Assembly: GCA_013375395.1 (NCBI GenBank)
Contig: JABXJW010000001.1
Span: 1-63,283, forward strand
Length of the DNA stretch: 63,283 bases
From: Desulfobacterales bacterium
GTDB taxonomy: Bacteria > Desulfobacterota > Desulfobacteria > Desulfobacterales > C00003060
Direction: 5' to 3'
Part shown: in pieces, positions 8,569 through 18,223 of the stretch
Layout of the letters: each line of letters opens with the position of its first letter
Numbering within the stretch: position 1 is the stretch's first letter
The notes under the pieces: generated by a model
What the model was told of the DNA's origin: nothing
The model's input: the letters and a program-made list of their open reading frames with translations, nothing else
Databases searched by the model: none
Made by a program: the position numbers and the translations under genes

Positions 8569-8721
8569 GACGGCTTCGTAAAAAGTCCAACTTCTACGTT
8601 GCGCTGCATCCTTCGTCATTGCGGCGTACCATAAGTAGGCATCATTCCTCAGGGTTTGCGCGCCTTGAATTTGGAGCTTTTTACTTTGCCGTCTAATTTG
8701 GACTTTTTACGAGACCATCAA
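8569..8721 (+). repeat. REP/MITE family A, copy 1
   Basis: Termini gacggcttcgtaaaaagtcca ... tggactttttacgagaccatca are inverted (18 of 21). Homologous to the copies at 13544-13697 and 17575-17760. Confidence 0.8.
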
Positions 8722-9851
8722 TTATGCTTCAAAAAATGGCTAAAATATGAGATGGGATCTATAACTCTCACGCGATTCTTGTCATAGGGTCGTTTGATTT
8801 TGCCAACGATCTGGGTAGCCTTTTTGGGTCTCAGCCGCTGAGAGTAATAGAGAAGGGATTTTGATATGTTCTCATCAGAATGCTTGACCTCGATCAACTC
8901 CTCCAATTCACCTTCTTTTACAATAGCAAAATCGACTTCCCGGCCCTCCTTGTCACGGATGTATCGCAGTTCATAGCGATAGCCGTCCCGGTCTTCAAGA
9001 AAGTGCAATCGCTTGAGCAAAGACGTGGCAACAAGGTTTTCAAAACGAGCGCCCTCGTCCCCAAGGACATCACCATTATCGAAAAAATATACTTTGGGAG
9101 GCTTCAGCACCGCACGAGACAAAGACTTGGTGTAGGGGCGAACACTGAATACAAGATACATCCTCTCCAACACTTCCAGCCACGACTTAGCTGTCTTGTG
9201 AGAAATCTGCAAGTCAGTGGCAAGGTTGGATAGCCTAATCAGCCCTCCCACCCGATGTCGCAACGAGTCAAGGAACAGGCCAAGCAGTTGAATGTTGCGA
9301 ATGGATTCCAGATCGCGGATATCCTCCCGCAAGACTCTATCAAAGCGCTCTCGTCGCCAGCGCCGTGCCGCTCGTTCATCTCCATCAAGAAACGGCTCGG
9401 GGAAGCCGCCGACGGTCATAAGGCGATCAAGAGCCTTCTTGGCAGAGATGCCTTTTGGGATTTCATCCAGCGTAAACGGGTGCAAACGCCAGTAATGATA
9501 CCGGCCCATTAGTGAGTCGCCTCCTCGACGATAGATGTCGAGACGAGCAGAGCCCGTGATGAGAAAAGAATGGATTTCGTGTGATACGTCGTAAATGCCC
9601 TTGATCCATCCCTTCCACCGGGGGAATTTGTGCAATTCATCAAATACGAGCAACGTATTATCCGTACTCCATTTTTTCTGTAGAATATCCTGCCGATCTT
9701 CATCGAAATCCCAGTTCAGGTAGCGACCGTCAGGGAAGGCCTCAGAGAGGATAGCTTTAGCAAGTGTGGTTTTACCCACCTGACGAGGGCCTCCCACGAA
9801 AACCATCTTCTTTCCCAAATCTTCAAGAACATACGGTGCAATATATCGCAT
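8718..9851 (-). CDS. AAA+ ATPase with DUF4143-type C-terminal domain
   Basis: 377 aa. Walker A GGPRQVGKTT, Walker B LLVFDELH. Overall architecture typical of the ATP-binding/DUF4143 family. Confidence 0.8.
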   Translation of the reverse strand: MRYIAPYVLEDLGKKMVFVGGPRQVGKTTLAKAILSEAFPDGRYLNWDFDEDRQDILQKKWSTDNTLLVFDELHKFPRWKGWIKGIYDVSHEIHSFLITGSARLDIYRRGGDSLMGRYHYWRLHPFTLDEIPKGISAKKALDRLMTVGGFPEPFLDGDERAARRWRRERFDRVLREDIRDLESIRNIQLLGLFLDSLRHRVGGLIRLSNLATDLQISHKTAKSWLEVLERMYLVFSVRPYTKSLSRAVLKPPKVYFFDNGDVLGDEGARFENLVATSLLKRLHFLEDRDGYRYELRYIRDKEGREVDFAIVKEGELEELIEVKHSDENISKSLLYYSQRLRPKKATQIVGKIKRPYDKNRVRVIDPISYFSHFLKHN

Positions 9852-9857
9852 ACGGCT

Positions 9858-9885
9858 ATTTTAGGCTGTAGTCCAAAATAGTCAA
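9858..9885 (-). promoter_or_regulatory. sigma70-like promoter giving a near-leaderless transcript
   Basis: Minus strand reads TTGACT-16 nt-TAAAAT-agccgt-ATG. There is no SD. It lies inside the 14-bp-arm palindrome gtagtccaaaatag/ctattttggactac (9868-9901). Confidence 0.4.
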
Positions 9886-10021
9886 GGCTATTTTGGACTA
9901 CGATAACAATCAGACTGTTTTGGAGTATGCTTATGCGGTTTTGTATGACGGCTTACGACATTCCCGCTCAATTCGTTTGGAATGCCCTGCCCGAAGCCAT
10001 CCTTTCACGAGTCGGCCGGAC

Positions 10022-10049
10022 TAAAGTTTCTTAGTATAAACTCCGATAA
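10022..10049 (+). promoter_or_regulatory. sigma28 (FliA)-type promoter
   Basis: TAAAGTTT (10022-10029), 13 nt, then CCGATAA (10043-10049). The E. coli consensus is TAAAGTTT-N11-GCCGATAA. It lies 41 nt upstream of the flgE-like ATG. Confidence 0.5.
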
Positions 10050-10090
10050 ATAAGTGAGTGTGTGTGTAACAAATTCAGGGGGAGACAAAG

Positions 10091-11503
10091 ATGATAGACG
10101 GTATTTGGCCTGCAATATCAGCGTTAAAGACCATAGAGAAAAAGCTGGACGTTTCCGCCAACAACACCTCCAATGTCAATACACAGGGATTCAAAACCAG
10201 CAGCGCCAGCTCACAGGAGGCATCCCCTCAAGATGTCTCTGCCGCCTGCGGGACATCACAGGTAGGACAAGGAACAGACCTGGCGGCAATTTCGCAGGAT
10301 TTTTCTTCCGGAATGTTCGAATCTACCACCTCTCCTACCGACATGGCTATTGGGGGTATTGGATTTTTTATGGTCAAGGACACAGGAGGCGGGGACTACT
10401 TTACAAGGGACGGCCAGTTTCACTTTGACAAGAACGGCCGGTTTGTGACGGCTGCCGGCCACGTAGTCCAGGGGTGGAAGCTTGACCCGATTGCCGGCCA
10501 ACCGCAAGGGGCAATCCGGGGTGTGACATTGTCCTCATTTACTTCTCCCCCGCAAGAGACGACTCATGGAAAAACGATCATAAACCTTAATTCAAATGCT
10601 CAAGACAAGTCACCCGGCTCAGACGCTCTTGCAAGTGCATGGGACGGAGACAATCCCGATGGGAGCTATATCGGCGACAATGCATACGAATACCGCACAT
10701 CAATAAAGGCATATGATCGTGTCGGCGGCACACATGACATTACATTCTATTTTGACAAAGCATCTGCCCGTTCTACATGGGAATATATCGTCACTGCCAA
10801 CCCGGACGATGACCTAAGATTGGGGGCTGCAGGCGACGACCTTGGATTATTGGCCAGGGGAACCTTGACATTTGACGATTCCGGCGACATTTCAGATATG
10901 ACCATGGACATTGATGATGGGGCCGGCAACTGGATAGCTCAAGATGTTGCCACGGATCTTGCCAATGGTCGTTTCACGTACCATCCAGACTTTCTGGGCG
11001 CAGCAGACGGCTCCACTCAAATGTCTATTCAGCTCGATCTCGGCTCTTCTTATGATGGCTCATCATGGGTTAAGGACTCCCTTTCCTCTACTCAGCATGG
11101 CGCGGCGTCGAATGCCGTCCATTACTTTGCAGACGGATACGGGGCAGGCGATCTTCAGTCGGTCAGCGTCAGCGGGGACGGAGTCATTAGCGGCAACTAT
11201 TCCAATGGTCAAGCCTTGAACCTGTTTCAGGTGGCGATTGCGAAATTTAATAATCCGCAGGGCCTAAATAAAATCGGCAATAATCTGTATGCAAAAACCA
11301 GCGAGTCGGGCGACGCCATTGCCGGCCGGCCGGGGACAAACGGACTGGGCGGTATTGTCCCCAATGCACTGGAGCAGTCGAACGCTGACATGGCAAAAGA
11401 GTCCGTGAAATTGATACTGATGAGAAGGAGTTTTCAGGCAAATCTTGATGTGATTCGCACCAAAGACGAAATGACAGGAGATCTGGTCAATATCATTTCG
11501 TGA
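10091..11503 (+). CDS. flgE: flagellar hook protein FlgE-like
   Basis: 470 aa. N-terminal LDVSANNTSNVNTQGFK. C-terminal rod/hook domain NALEQSNADMAKESVKLILMRRSFQANLDVIRTKDEM. Upstream RBS GGGGGAG. Confidence 0.8.
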   Translation: MIDGIWPAISALKTIEKKLDVSANNTSNVNTQGFKTSSASSQEASPQDVSAACGTSQVGQGTDLAAISQDFSSGMFESTTSPTDMAIGGIGFFMVKDTGGGDYFTRDGQFHFDKNGRFVTAAGHVVQGWKLDPIAGQPQGAIRGVTLSSFTSPPQETTHGKTIINLNSNAQDKSPGSDALASAWDGDNPDGSYIGDNAYEYRTSIKAYDRVGGTHDITFYFDKASARSTWEYIVTANPDDDLRLGAAGDDLGLLARGTLTFDDSGDISDMTMDIDDGAGNWIAQDVATDLANGRFTYHPDFLGAADGSTQMSIQLDLGSSYDGSSWVKDSLSSTQHGAASNAVHYFADGYGAGDLQSVSVSGDGVISGNYSNGQALNLFQVAIAKFNNPQGLNKIGNNLYAKTSESGDAIAGRPGTNGLGGIVPNALEQSNADMAKESVKLILMRRSFQANLDVIRTKDEMTGDLVNIIS

Positions 11504-11515
11504 CGGAAACACGCA

Positions 11516-11718
11516 GGCCCTGTGGCAAAGATCAAACAATTTTCAGGACTCAATGGATCTGCCTGCTGCGGGTTCAGTCCGGCCAGGAGATATGATCCAA
11601 GCCCTTTTCCGCCAAGAAATCGTCGCAGTATGTCCTCTTCGATCCCTTCAAGGCAAAAGGACTGCTGCGTCAGATCGATCACCAAGATCCTGCCGTAAAA
11701 TCCGTACATGCTCTCCAA
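11516..11718 (-). pseudogene. aldehyde:ferredoxin oxidoreductase (AOR), N-terminal fragment only
   Basis: MYGFYGRILVIDLT...FLGGKGLGSYLL...DPLSPENCLIFATGPA matches the AOR N-terminal domain. Similarity ends about 13 nt beyond the flgE stop. Confidence 0.7.
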
Positions 11719-12041
11719 TAAAACCTCTTTTCTCGTCGGTAGTTTACCTTTCGGGGCAAGTGAAATGCTGAACGTAGGCCCACAACCATTTCCACAGAGA
11801 GGTTCGTTATTCGTGAATCGTTATTCGCGGCTCGTAACGTCTTCCGTTCGATGGTTACCGGCACAAAGCGAAGTTTTTGCGCTACACGAACTGCGATTTC
11901 CCGTTCCCGGTTCCCGGTTCAGGTGTATCCTTAAATGCATTGGGACCGAAGACAATCACTAGGCATAGCAGCGCTACGTCAAGAATAGAAACCTGCGGAG
12001 AACGCAGTATCGGGACAAAAGATGCCATTTCTGGATGGACA

Positions 12042-13148
12042 CTAGTAATCTTCCCCCAACATATGCACATTGCCTATTCGGGTGCGCCGGAGGCCGGCCT
12101 TTTGGGCAATTTCCCGGCAACGCAGGGCATGGCTTCGGGAAGTTGTGGGAAGGTCGTGTAAGTAGAACTGCGGATAAAACGCCAAAAGGCTGTACGGGAT
12201 GTCCGGATTCAAGCTGCTGATGTATCGGGAAAGACCGTCGACCTCTCGCTCATCCACGTAACCGGGCACCAAGAGGGTGCTCGCGATCAAAAACGGGGGC
12301 TCGGGCCGCTGCCGGACCAATTTGCTCAACTCCTTGAAATTATCCAAAGTATTCTTGTTTGTCACCCAGCACAGGGCCTTGTGAAGTCTCTCATCCCAGG
12401 CCTTGAGGTCAAACTTGATGCAGCCGCCTGATTGCAGGGAAACTTGGGCCATCATGTCCAGATAAGGCCGGCCGGCGGCGCCGTTTGTCTCCCAGCATAT
12501 CCTCAAGATACGGTCCGGATTTCTCTTCAAGGCCACCCTGGACGCCTTTAAGGCATGCAGGACCTGGGGGCCGGGGTCTCCTCCAAAATAGCAGATACAG
12601 CTCGTCGCCTCATCTACGGCGCCTGCCAGCTCTGTTGCGCGAAGTTTTCTTTGGGAAAACGTTTTTTCCTTAAAATGGTAATTCTGACAGTAGAGGCAGT
12701 TAAAGGAACACGCATGATAGAACACAGCCAGGTTCTTGTAGCCGCGTTCAGGGCCTCTCGTGTAGGCATAGCGTGGGTATCCGCAGCCGGTGCCTGCCGG
12801 GCACACGAAATCGGCCACACAATTGGTTGGAAGGGGATCATAGTAGTAGGAAAGGTTTCCCTCATGGGGCCGCCCGCCCACCAGTTTGCCGTCCCTGACC
12901 CTGCGAAGACCGCAGAAACCGGGCTGGCCCTCCGGGATACTGCACTTGTTTGCACAAAGGTTACAGGAGACGCCATGCGGATCATGAGGAGGTTCTGTCG
13001 GAAGGCCGTAAGCCTTGCGGCTTTTGGCATGCACTTTGGCGATCTGTGGCCACACCTCGGAAAAATGACCGCGGATGCAATCTGCACAAAACCCGATGAC
13101 ATCTGAAATGGTCTTGCCGGACCTTTCACAATAGCCGCAAGTGCCCAT
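12042..13148 (-). CDS. radical SAM protein (PflA / AmmeMemoRadiSam-like) with N-terminal zinc ribbon
   Basis: 368 aa. CSFNCLYCQN (CxxxCxxC), CNLCANKCSIPEGQPGFCGLRR, and N-terminal CGYC...CADC. Confidence 0.75.
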   Translation of the reverse strand: MGTCGYCERSGKTISDVIGFCADCIRGHFSEVWPQIAKVHAKSRKAYGLPTEPPHDPHGVSCNLCANKCSIPEGQPGFCGLRRVRDGKLVGGRPHEGNLSYYYDPLPTNCVADFVCPAGTGCGYPRYAYTRGPERGYKNLAVFYHACSFNCLYCQNYHFKEKTFSQRKLRATELAGAVDEATSCICYFGGDPGPQVLHALKASRVALKRNPDRILRICWETNGAAGRPYLDMMAQVSLQSGGCIKFDLKAWDERLHKALCWVTNKNTLDNFKELSKLVRQRPEPPFLIASTLLVPGYVDEREVDGLSRYISSLNPDIPYSLLAFYPQFYLHDLPTTSRSHALRCREIAQKAGLRRTRIGNVHMLGEDY

Positions 13149-13197
13149 GTATCCAGGCTATCTCGCCCCTGCTCACAAGTAAATAGTAAAGCGTTGC

Positions 13198-13539
13198 TTA
13201 CTCCGCCTCAATATGGCTGATTTCAAGCTCTTTTCCGCAGATAATCTCGGCCGCGATTTCGCCACATTCCGGGCAGAGAAAAAGGGCACTATCCACCTTG
13301 AAGTCGATGTTGCAATTCCGGCAGCGCCCCACGGCAGGCACGACCTCTATGTTAAGCTCGGCGTCTTCTGCCACCGTTCCCTTTGTAATGACCTCAAATG
13401 CAAAGCTCAGGGCTTCCGGGACAACGGTTGAAAGGCTCCCTATGCGAACATGCAACTGGGTGACCCTGGAGACCCCGTGCTTGTCGCTTTCATCCTCGAT
13501 GATCTTGAGCATACTTTGGGCAATGGAGACTTCGTGCAT
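13198..13539 (-). CDS. hypA: hydrogenase nickel incorporation protein HypA
   Basis: 113 aa. MHEVSIAQSML at the N-terminus and CRNC...CPEC zinc site. Confidence 0.85.
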   Translation of the reverse strand: MHEVSIAQSMLKIIEDESDKHGVSRVTQLHVRIGSLSTVVPEALSFAFEVITKGTVAEDAELNIEVVPAVGRCRNCNIDFKVDSALFLCPECGEIAAEIICGKELEISHIEAE

Positions 13540-13543
13540 CGAT

Positions 13544-13697
13544 CAATATGGTCTCACAAAAAGTCCAAATGGACGGCAAAGTAAAAAGCTCCAGATGCAA
13601 GGCGCGCGAGTCTTGAGGAATGAGGCGTACTTAAAGTACGTCGCAATGACGAAAGATGAAGCGCAACGCAGCAGGTGGACTTTTTACGAAGCCGTCA
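13544..13697 (-). repeat. REP/MITE family A, copy 2 (reverse orientation)
   Basis: Reverse complement of copy 1. Fills the hypA-ppiD intergenic space. Confidence 0.8.
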
Positions 13698-15590
13698 ATC
13701 AAGAAAACCTTCTTCGATCATGATCTCGCTGTCTTGGCGCAACCGAGCGAACCATTCCTCCATAAGCTTCTGCTGCTTCTGAAACATGACGCGAGATTTG
13801 ATCTCTGATTTGCGTGCTTCGAATTGCGCTGGATCTGCTTGCTGTCGATCCTTCAAACGAATCACATAGTAGCCTTGCCTCCCTTTGATCACGGATTCCG
13901 GCAAAGGGTTCGAGGGGCTGAGCGAAAAGGCAATATTTCGATCGCCCTGCCCAAAATCGAGTTCGGGAATCGATGCAAATCGCTTGAAAAAGTCCGTGCT
14001 TTTTGCCTTTAGTTTTCGGCTGTCGGCCTCTTTTTGAAACTCGGCGCCTTTCTTTATGGCGCTCAGGAATGCCTCGGCATCCTTTTTGGCAAGTTCCTCT
14101 TGTCTGGTGCGGAGCAGGTCATGGCGAACCTTTTCCTCCACCGCCTCCAACTTGGGAATCTCGGCAGCCTTCCTGTCAATCACACAAACAATGTAGTATC
14201 CGTCTGCCAGCTCCAGGGGCTCGCTCACCACATTGTCGCCAAGCTCAAAAGACACCTTGGCGACTTTTCCGGCTTCCTTAATCCCATCCACAGGGCCGGT
14301 TCGGGAAAAGAAGCCGGTCTCGCGCACCTTAAGTTGACGGCCTGCCGCCACATCGGCCATTTGCTCGGCCCCGTAACACGCCTCATAGATCTCCTCTGCC
14401 TGATCATAGGCAATGTTTCTTGCCGCCTCTTTCAACAGCTTGGTGCGAATCTTGTCCGCTGCTTCGGAAAGGGCCGGCTTCTTGGCTTCCTGGACTGCCT
14501 CTACCTTGATAAGGTGCCACCCGAAAGGTGTCTTCACGGGTTCACTGATCTCGCCCTGCTTCATGGCAAAGGCAGCATCAGAGAATGGCTTCACCATCTC
14601 ATCTTTGGTAAAAAATCCCAGATCGCCACCCTTGCTCTTGCTGCCCGGATCATCAGAATATTTCCTGGCCAGCCCGGCAAAATCCGCCCCGGACCTTGCC
14701 TGGTTTAACACCTTCAGGGCTTTATTGTGCGCATCTTCGGTTTCTTCCTTCTTGGCATCCGGCGCCACCCTGAAGAGGATATGGCGCGCACGAAGCTTCT
14801 TTGGTGTGGCATAGTCTTTTCTGTTGACTTCAAAGTGCCGGGTGATCTCTTCTTCTGAGACCTCGGCTTGTGATTCGAATTCCTTGAAACCAAAACGCAG
14901 ATATTGAATCTTCACTCTTGGGGGTGTTTTGTAGGAATTCTTGTGGCCGGAAAAATAACTTTTGATTTCTTCTTGCGTCACTTTCACATCCTCGTACGAA
15001 GACGGGGCAAAGGCCACATAGTCAAGGCTTACCCTTTCTTCAAGCCACTTGAAGTTTTCCAATGCCTCGCTGTCTGATACCTTGACGCCGCCCAAAACCA
15101 GACCCTGCAACCTTTCCAGGAGCAACTCCTCCTTTTTTCCCTCCTCGTACATCTCGGGATTCATGCGATTGCGGGCCAGGACCCGTTGATATTGCTTTGG
15201 ATCAAATTGGCCGTTTGTCTGAAAGGCGGGTACCTGCCGGATGGCTCCGGCCAGTTCCTCCTTGGTTACACGCAGTTTGAGCCGGCTCGCCTCCTGGAGA
15301 AGGAGCCGGCGGTTGATCAATTGGTCAAGGGCTTTTTTCCTGAGACCAAGGGTCTCCATAAACTTTTCGTCCAGGACACCCCCGAACTGCCTGCGGTACT
15401 GCTCCATCAACTGATCATGTACACTGCGGTACTCCCCCAAGGAAATGGCCGTACCATTGACAACTGCAATGCGGCTTTTTCTCTGTTCCCGGTAGCTGCC
15501 GACACCCCAGAACACAAAAACCACTACAATGGCGCCAAGGGCCACTTTAATCAGCCAGGAGCCGGCATGTTTCCTCATCAAACTCAGCAT
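13695..15590 (-). CDS. ppiD: periplasmic chaperone / peptidyl-prolyl isomerase PpiD-like
   Basis: 631 aa. N-terminal TM anchor, SurA-N-like region, and a parvulin domain (ARHILF...GGDLGFF...FGWHLIKV). Confidence 0.8.
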   Translation of the reverse strand: MLSLMRKHAGSWLIKVALGAIVVVFVFWGVGSYREQRKSRIAVVNGTAISLGEYRSVHDQLMEQYRRQFGGVLDEKFMETLGLRKKALDQLINRRLLLQEASRLKLRVTKEELAGAIRQVPAFQTNGQFDPKQYQRVLARNRMNPEMYEEGKKEELLLERLQGLVLGGVKVSDSEALENFKWLEERVSLDYVAFAPSSYEDVKVTQEEIKSYFSGHKNSYKTPPRVKIQYLRFGFKEFESQAEVSEEEITRHFEVNRKDYATPKKLRARHILFRVAPDAKKEETEDAHNKALKVLNQARSGADFAGLARKYSDDPGSKSKGGDLGFFTKDEMVKPFSDAAFAMKQGEISEPVKTPFGWHLIKVEAVQEAKKPALSEAADKIRTKLLKEAARNIAYDQAEEIYEACYGAEQMADVAAGRQLKVRETGFFSRTGPVDGIKEAGKVAKVSFELGDNVVSEPLELADGYYIVCVIDRKAAEIPKLEAVEEKVRHDLLRTRQEELAKKDAEAFLSAIKKGAEFQKEADSRKLKAKSTDFFKRFASIPELDFGQGDRNIAFSLSPSNPLPESVIKGRQGYYVIRLKDRQQADPAQFEARKSEIKSRVMFQKQQKLMEEWFARLRQDSEIMIEEGFLD

Positions 15591-15620
15591 AATAACCTCA
15601 CATAAAATCGCGTAGCGATT

Positions 15621-17546
15621 TTATAACTTGAAATGGTTCAGAAGCCCGCCTGCAAGTACCACACTTCTTTCTCTCTCATCCAGATCGATGCCTGCCTCAA
15701 AACTGTTCCCCTGCGTTGCATTCACAACACGAATCGTTGTCTCCCCGCCTTTCAGCAAGCTTGCAGCCCGGTCCACAATGAACTGATCGCCTGGCTGGAT
15801 CCGTTCAAGATCCCCGGCCTTGGAAAAAGTCATGGGGAGTATGCCGAAATTGATGAGGTTTGCACGATGGATCCGGGCAAAGGAGAGCGCGATCACCCCC
15901 TTGACCCCCAAGACCATGGGAGCAAGGGCGGCATGCTCCCTGCTTGAGCCTTGTCCGTAGTTTCTACCGGCCACAATAAAGCCTCCTCCCTTCTCCGTCG
16001 CCCTTTTTGAAAACTCGGGATCACGCTGCGAAAACACATATTGTGAAATGGCCGGGATGTTTGACCGCAGGGCCAGGATATGGGCGCCCGCAGGCATGAT
16101 GTCGTCTGTGGTAATATCATCGTCCAGGCGAATCAACACCTCGCCCTTCAAGGTCTCCGGCATTGTGCCGGCCATTGGAAGTGGCTTGATATTCGGGCCA
16201 CGCACCACCTCCACGGCGGAAGGATCGGCAGGGGGTTGAAAAAACAGATGATCCATAGCCGGAAAGACTTCTGGCATGGCGACCTTCACCGGCTCGCTGA
16301 ACGATCTGGGATCAGTGAGTTCGCCCTTCAGGGCGGAAACAGCGGCCACTTCCGGGCTGCACAGATAAAGCTTCGCACTCAGGGTTCCGCTGCGGCCCCT
16401 GAAGTTTCTATTGAAGGTCCTCAGGCTTACCCCATCCGTAGGGGGAGACTGTCCAATGCCGATGCACGGCCCGCAGGTACATTCCAGGATTCGTGCTCCT
16501 GCCTCTATCATGTCCTTCAGGGCGCCTGTCTCTGCCAGCACGGCCATCACCTGCCTGGAACCCGGTGATATCACAAGGCTTGTCCCCGGATGCACGGATC
16601 TTCCCTTCAGGATAGCAGCAACGGTCGCAAGATCCTTGTAAGAAGAATTAGTGCAACTGCCGATCGCCACCTGATCAAGGTTCAGCCCTTCGATCTCTTT
16701 TACCGGACAAACACGATCCGGCATGTGAGGCTGGGCGACCATAGGTTCCAGTTTGCCAAGATCAATTGTTATGACGTCAAAATAAGACGCATCCTGGTCT
16801 GCCGAAAGGGGTTTGAAGCTCTTTTCTCTTCTCTGGGATTTAAGAAAGGACAACGTCGCCTCATCACTCGGAAATATGGAGCTGGTAGCCCCTGTTTCCG
16901 CCCCCATGTTGGCAATTGTAGCCCGCTCCGGCGCCGAGAGCGTTTCCACCCCAGGGCCGCCATATTCAAACACCCGCCCAACGCCGCCTTTAACCGAAAC
17001 GCGGCGCAGCAATTCCAGGACGATATCCTTGGCTGTCACCCAGGCAGGCAAGGCCCCTTCGAGGCGGACCAGGACCACCTCAGGGCAGGTCAGGCCGAAG
17101 GGCCGGCCTGCCATTGCCATGGCCACGTCAAGGCCGCCGGCCCCGATTGCGAGCATTCCGATGCCCCCTCCCGCAGAGGTGTGGCTGTCTGAGCCCAGAA
17201 GGGTTTCGCCCGGAACGCCAAACCGTTCCAAGTGAACCTGATGGCATATGCCGTTGCCGGGACCGGAAAAGACAATTCCGTACCTGGCGGCAAAGGACTT
17301 GAGAAATCGGTGGTCATCACTGTTTTGAAAGCCTGCTTGGAACGTATTGTGATCAACATAGCCGACCGATCGCCTGGTGTGCACCCGTGGCGCCCCAAGG
17401 GCCTCAAATTGCAGACAGGCCATCGTGCCGGTGGCATCCTGCGTGAGAGTCTGGTCAATCGGAAGCTCCACTGGATCCCCTGGCCGGGGAAGGGGGTCCA
17501 ACCCGTGAGCCTGTACGATCTTTTCAAAAAGGTTCTTGCCTGACAC
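15621..17546 (-). CDS. aconitase-family hydratase (fused large and small domains, Aquifex-type putative aconitate hydratase)
   Basis: Motifs DQTLTQDATG, GSDSHT, GSCTNSS and the swivel domain. The start is moved to the GTG at 17546, which has GGAGGA 4 nt upstream. The longer ORF reads into a REP copy. Confidence 0.8.
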   Translation of the reverse strand: MSGKNLFEKIVQAHGLDPLPRPGDPVELPIDQTLTQDATGTMACLQFEALGAPRVHTRRSVGYVDHNTFQAGFQNSDDHRFLKSFAARYGIVFSGPGNGICHQVHLERFGVPGETLLGSDSHTSAGGGIGMLAIGAGGLDVAMAMAGRPFGLTCPEVVLVRLEGALPAWVTAKDIVLELLRRVSVKGGVGRVFEYGGPGVETLSAPERATIANMGAETGATSSIFPSDEATLSFLKSQRREKSFKPLSADQDASYFDVITIDLGKLEPMVAQPHMPDRVCPVKEIEGLNLDQVAIGSCTNSSYKDLATVAAILKGRSVHPGTSLVISPGSRQVMAVLAETGALKDMIEAGARILECTCGPCIGIGQSPPTDGVSLRTFNRNFRGRSGTLSAKLYLCSPEVAAVSALKGELTDPRSFSEPVKVAMPEVFPAMDHLFFQPPADPSAVEVVRGPNIKPLPMAGTMPETLKGEVLIRLDDDITTDDIMPAGAHILALRSNIPAISQYVFSQRDPEFSKRATEKGGGFIVAGRNYGQGSSREHAALAPMVLGVKGVIALSFARIHRANLINFGILPMTFSKAGDLERIQPGDQFIVDRAASLLKGGETTIRVVNATQGNSFEAGIDLDERERSVVLAGGLLNHFKL

Positions 17547-17574
17547 AACATCCTCCAAGCATATACTGAAATTT

Positions 17575-17760
17575 GACGGCTTCGTAAAAAGTCCAACTTC
17601 TGCGTTGCGCTGCATCCTTCGTCACTGCGGCGTACCATAAGTACGCCTCATTCCTCAGGATTGCGCCTGACGGCTTAAAAAGAGGTGCGCGCCTTGAATT
17701 TTGGTCCGCCTTCGGCGGATTACTTTGCCGTCTAATTTGGACTTTTTACGAGACCATCAA
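17575..17760 (+). repeat. REP/MITE family A, copy 3 (with an internal insertion of about 35 bp)
   Basis: Same termini as copy 1. Immediately upstream of the aconitase gene. Confidence 0.8.
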
Positions 17761-17978
17761 ATTTGGCTATCACTATGCAGGTGGCCCTTAACACTAAAGG
17801 CCGGGTTCGTCAATGCCGAGACCTGCTCTGATTTTCCGGTCGCTTGCTTTCATGGCGCCCCTCCAGGATACCTGGTCTACTAAGCTTTTGCACAAGAGTT
17901 TGAAAAATGTTATGATACTAATTTCATATTTGCAATAGAATTGTCTGGTTGATAAGTATTGTAAAAAAGTAAATTTTT

Positions 17979-18223
17979 GGTAACAGTTTAGGTCTTTGAA
18001 AACACGGTCGCTCCAATGACGATCAGATTTTGAACCGTGTAAAACTCGGGTCTAAGTGAGCCTAAAGAAAGAACGGTATTCACTTGTTAAATTGTACTGA
18101 GAAGGTTTGCTCATTGACGAATGCGTGGGCACGATCCTCTAACTTCCCGTTCTTTCTCGATGCTCACTAAGACCCTCAGACAGTTACCCTGTTCAAAATC
18201 TGATCGTCATTGGAGCTCCGTCG
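17979..18223. repeat. about 245-bp nested-hairpin element (family B)
   Basis: Perfect 25-bp arms ctccaatgacgatcagattttgaac (18012-18036) and its complement (18191-18215). Inner arms gggtctaagtgagc...agaaagaacgg and cccgttctttct...gctcactaagaccc. Confidence 0.7.

Noticed and set aside
13198-13539. hypA without hypB or other hyp genes as a sign of something unusual.
   Set aside because: Scattered hyp genes are common in hydrogenase-rich anaerobes. Nothing in the sequence itself is aberrant.
17547-17615. N-terminal extension MQRNAEVGLFTKPSNFSICLEDV of the aconitase ORF.
   Set aside because: The extension is encoded by the end of REP family A copy 3. A GTG with GGAGGA upstream at 17546 gives a normal N-terminus.
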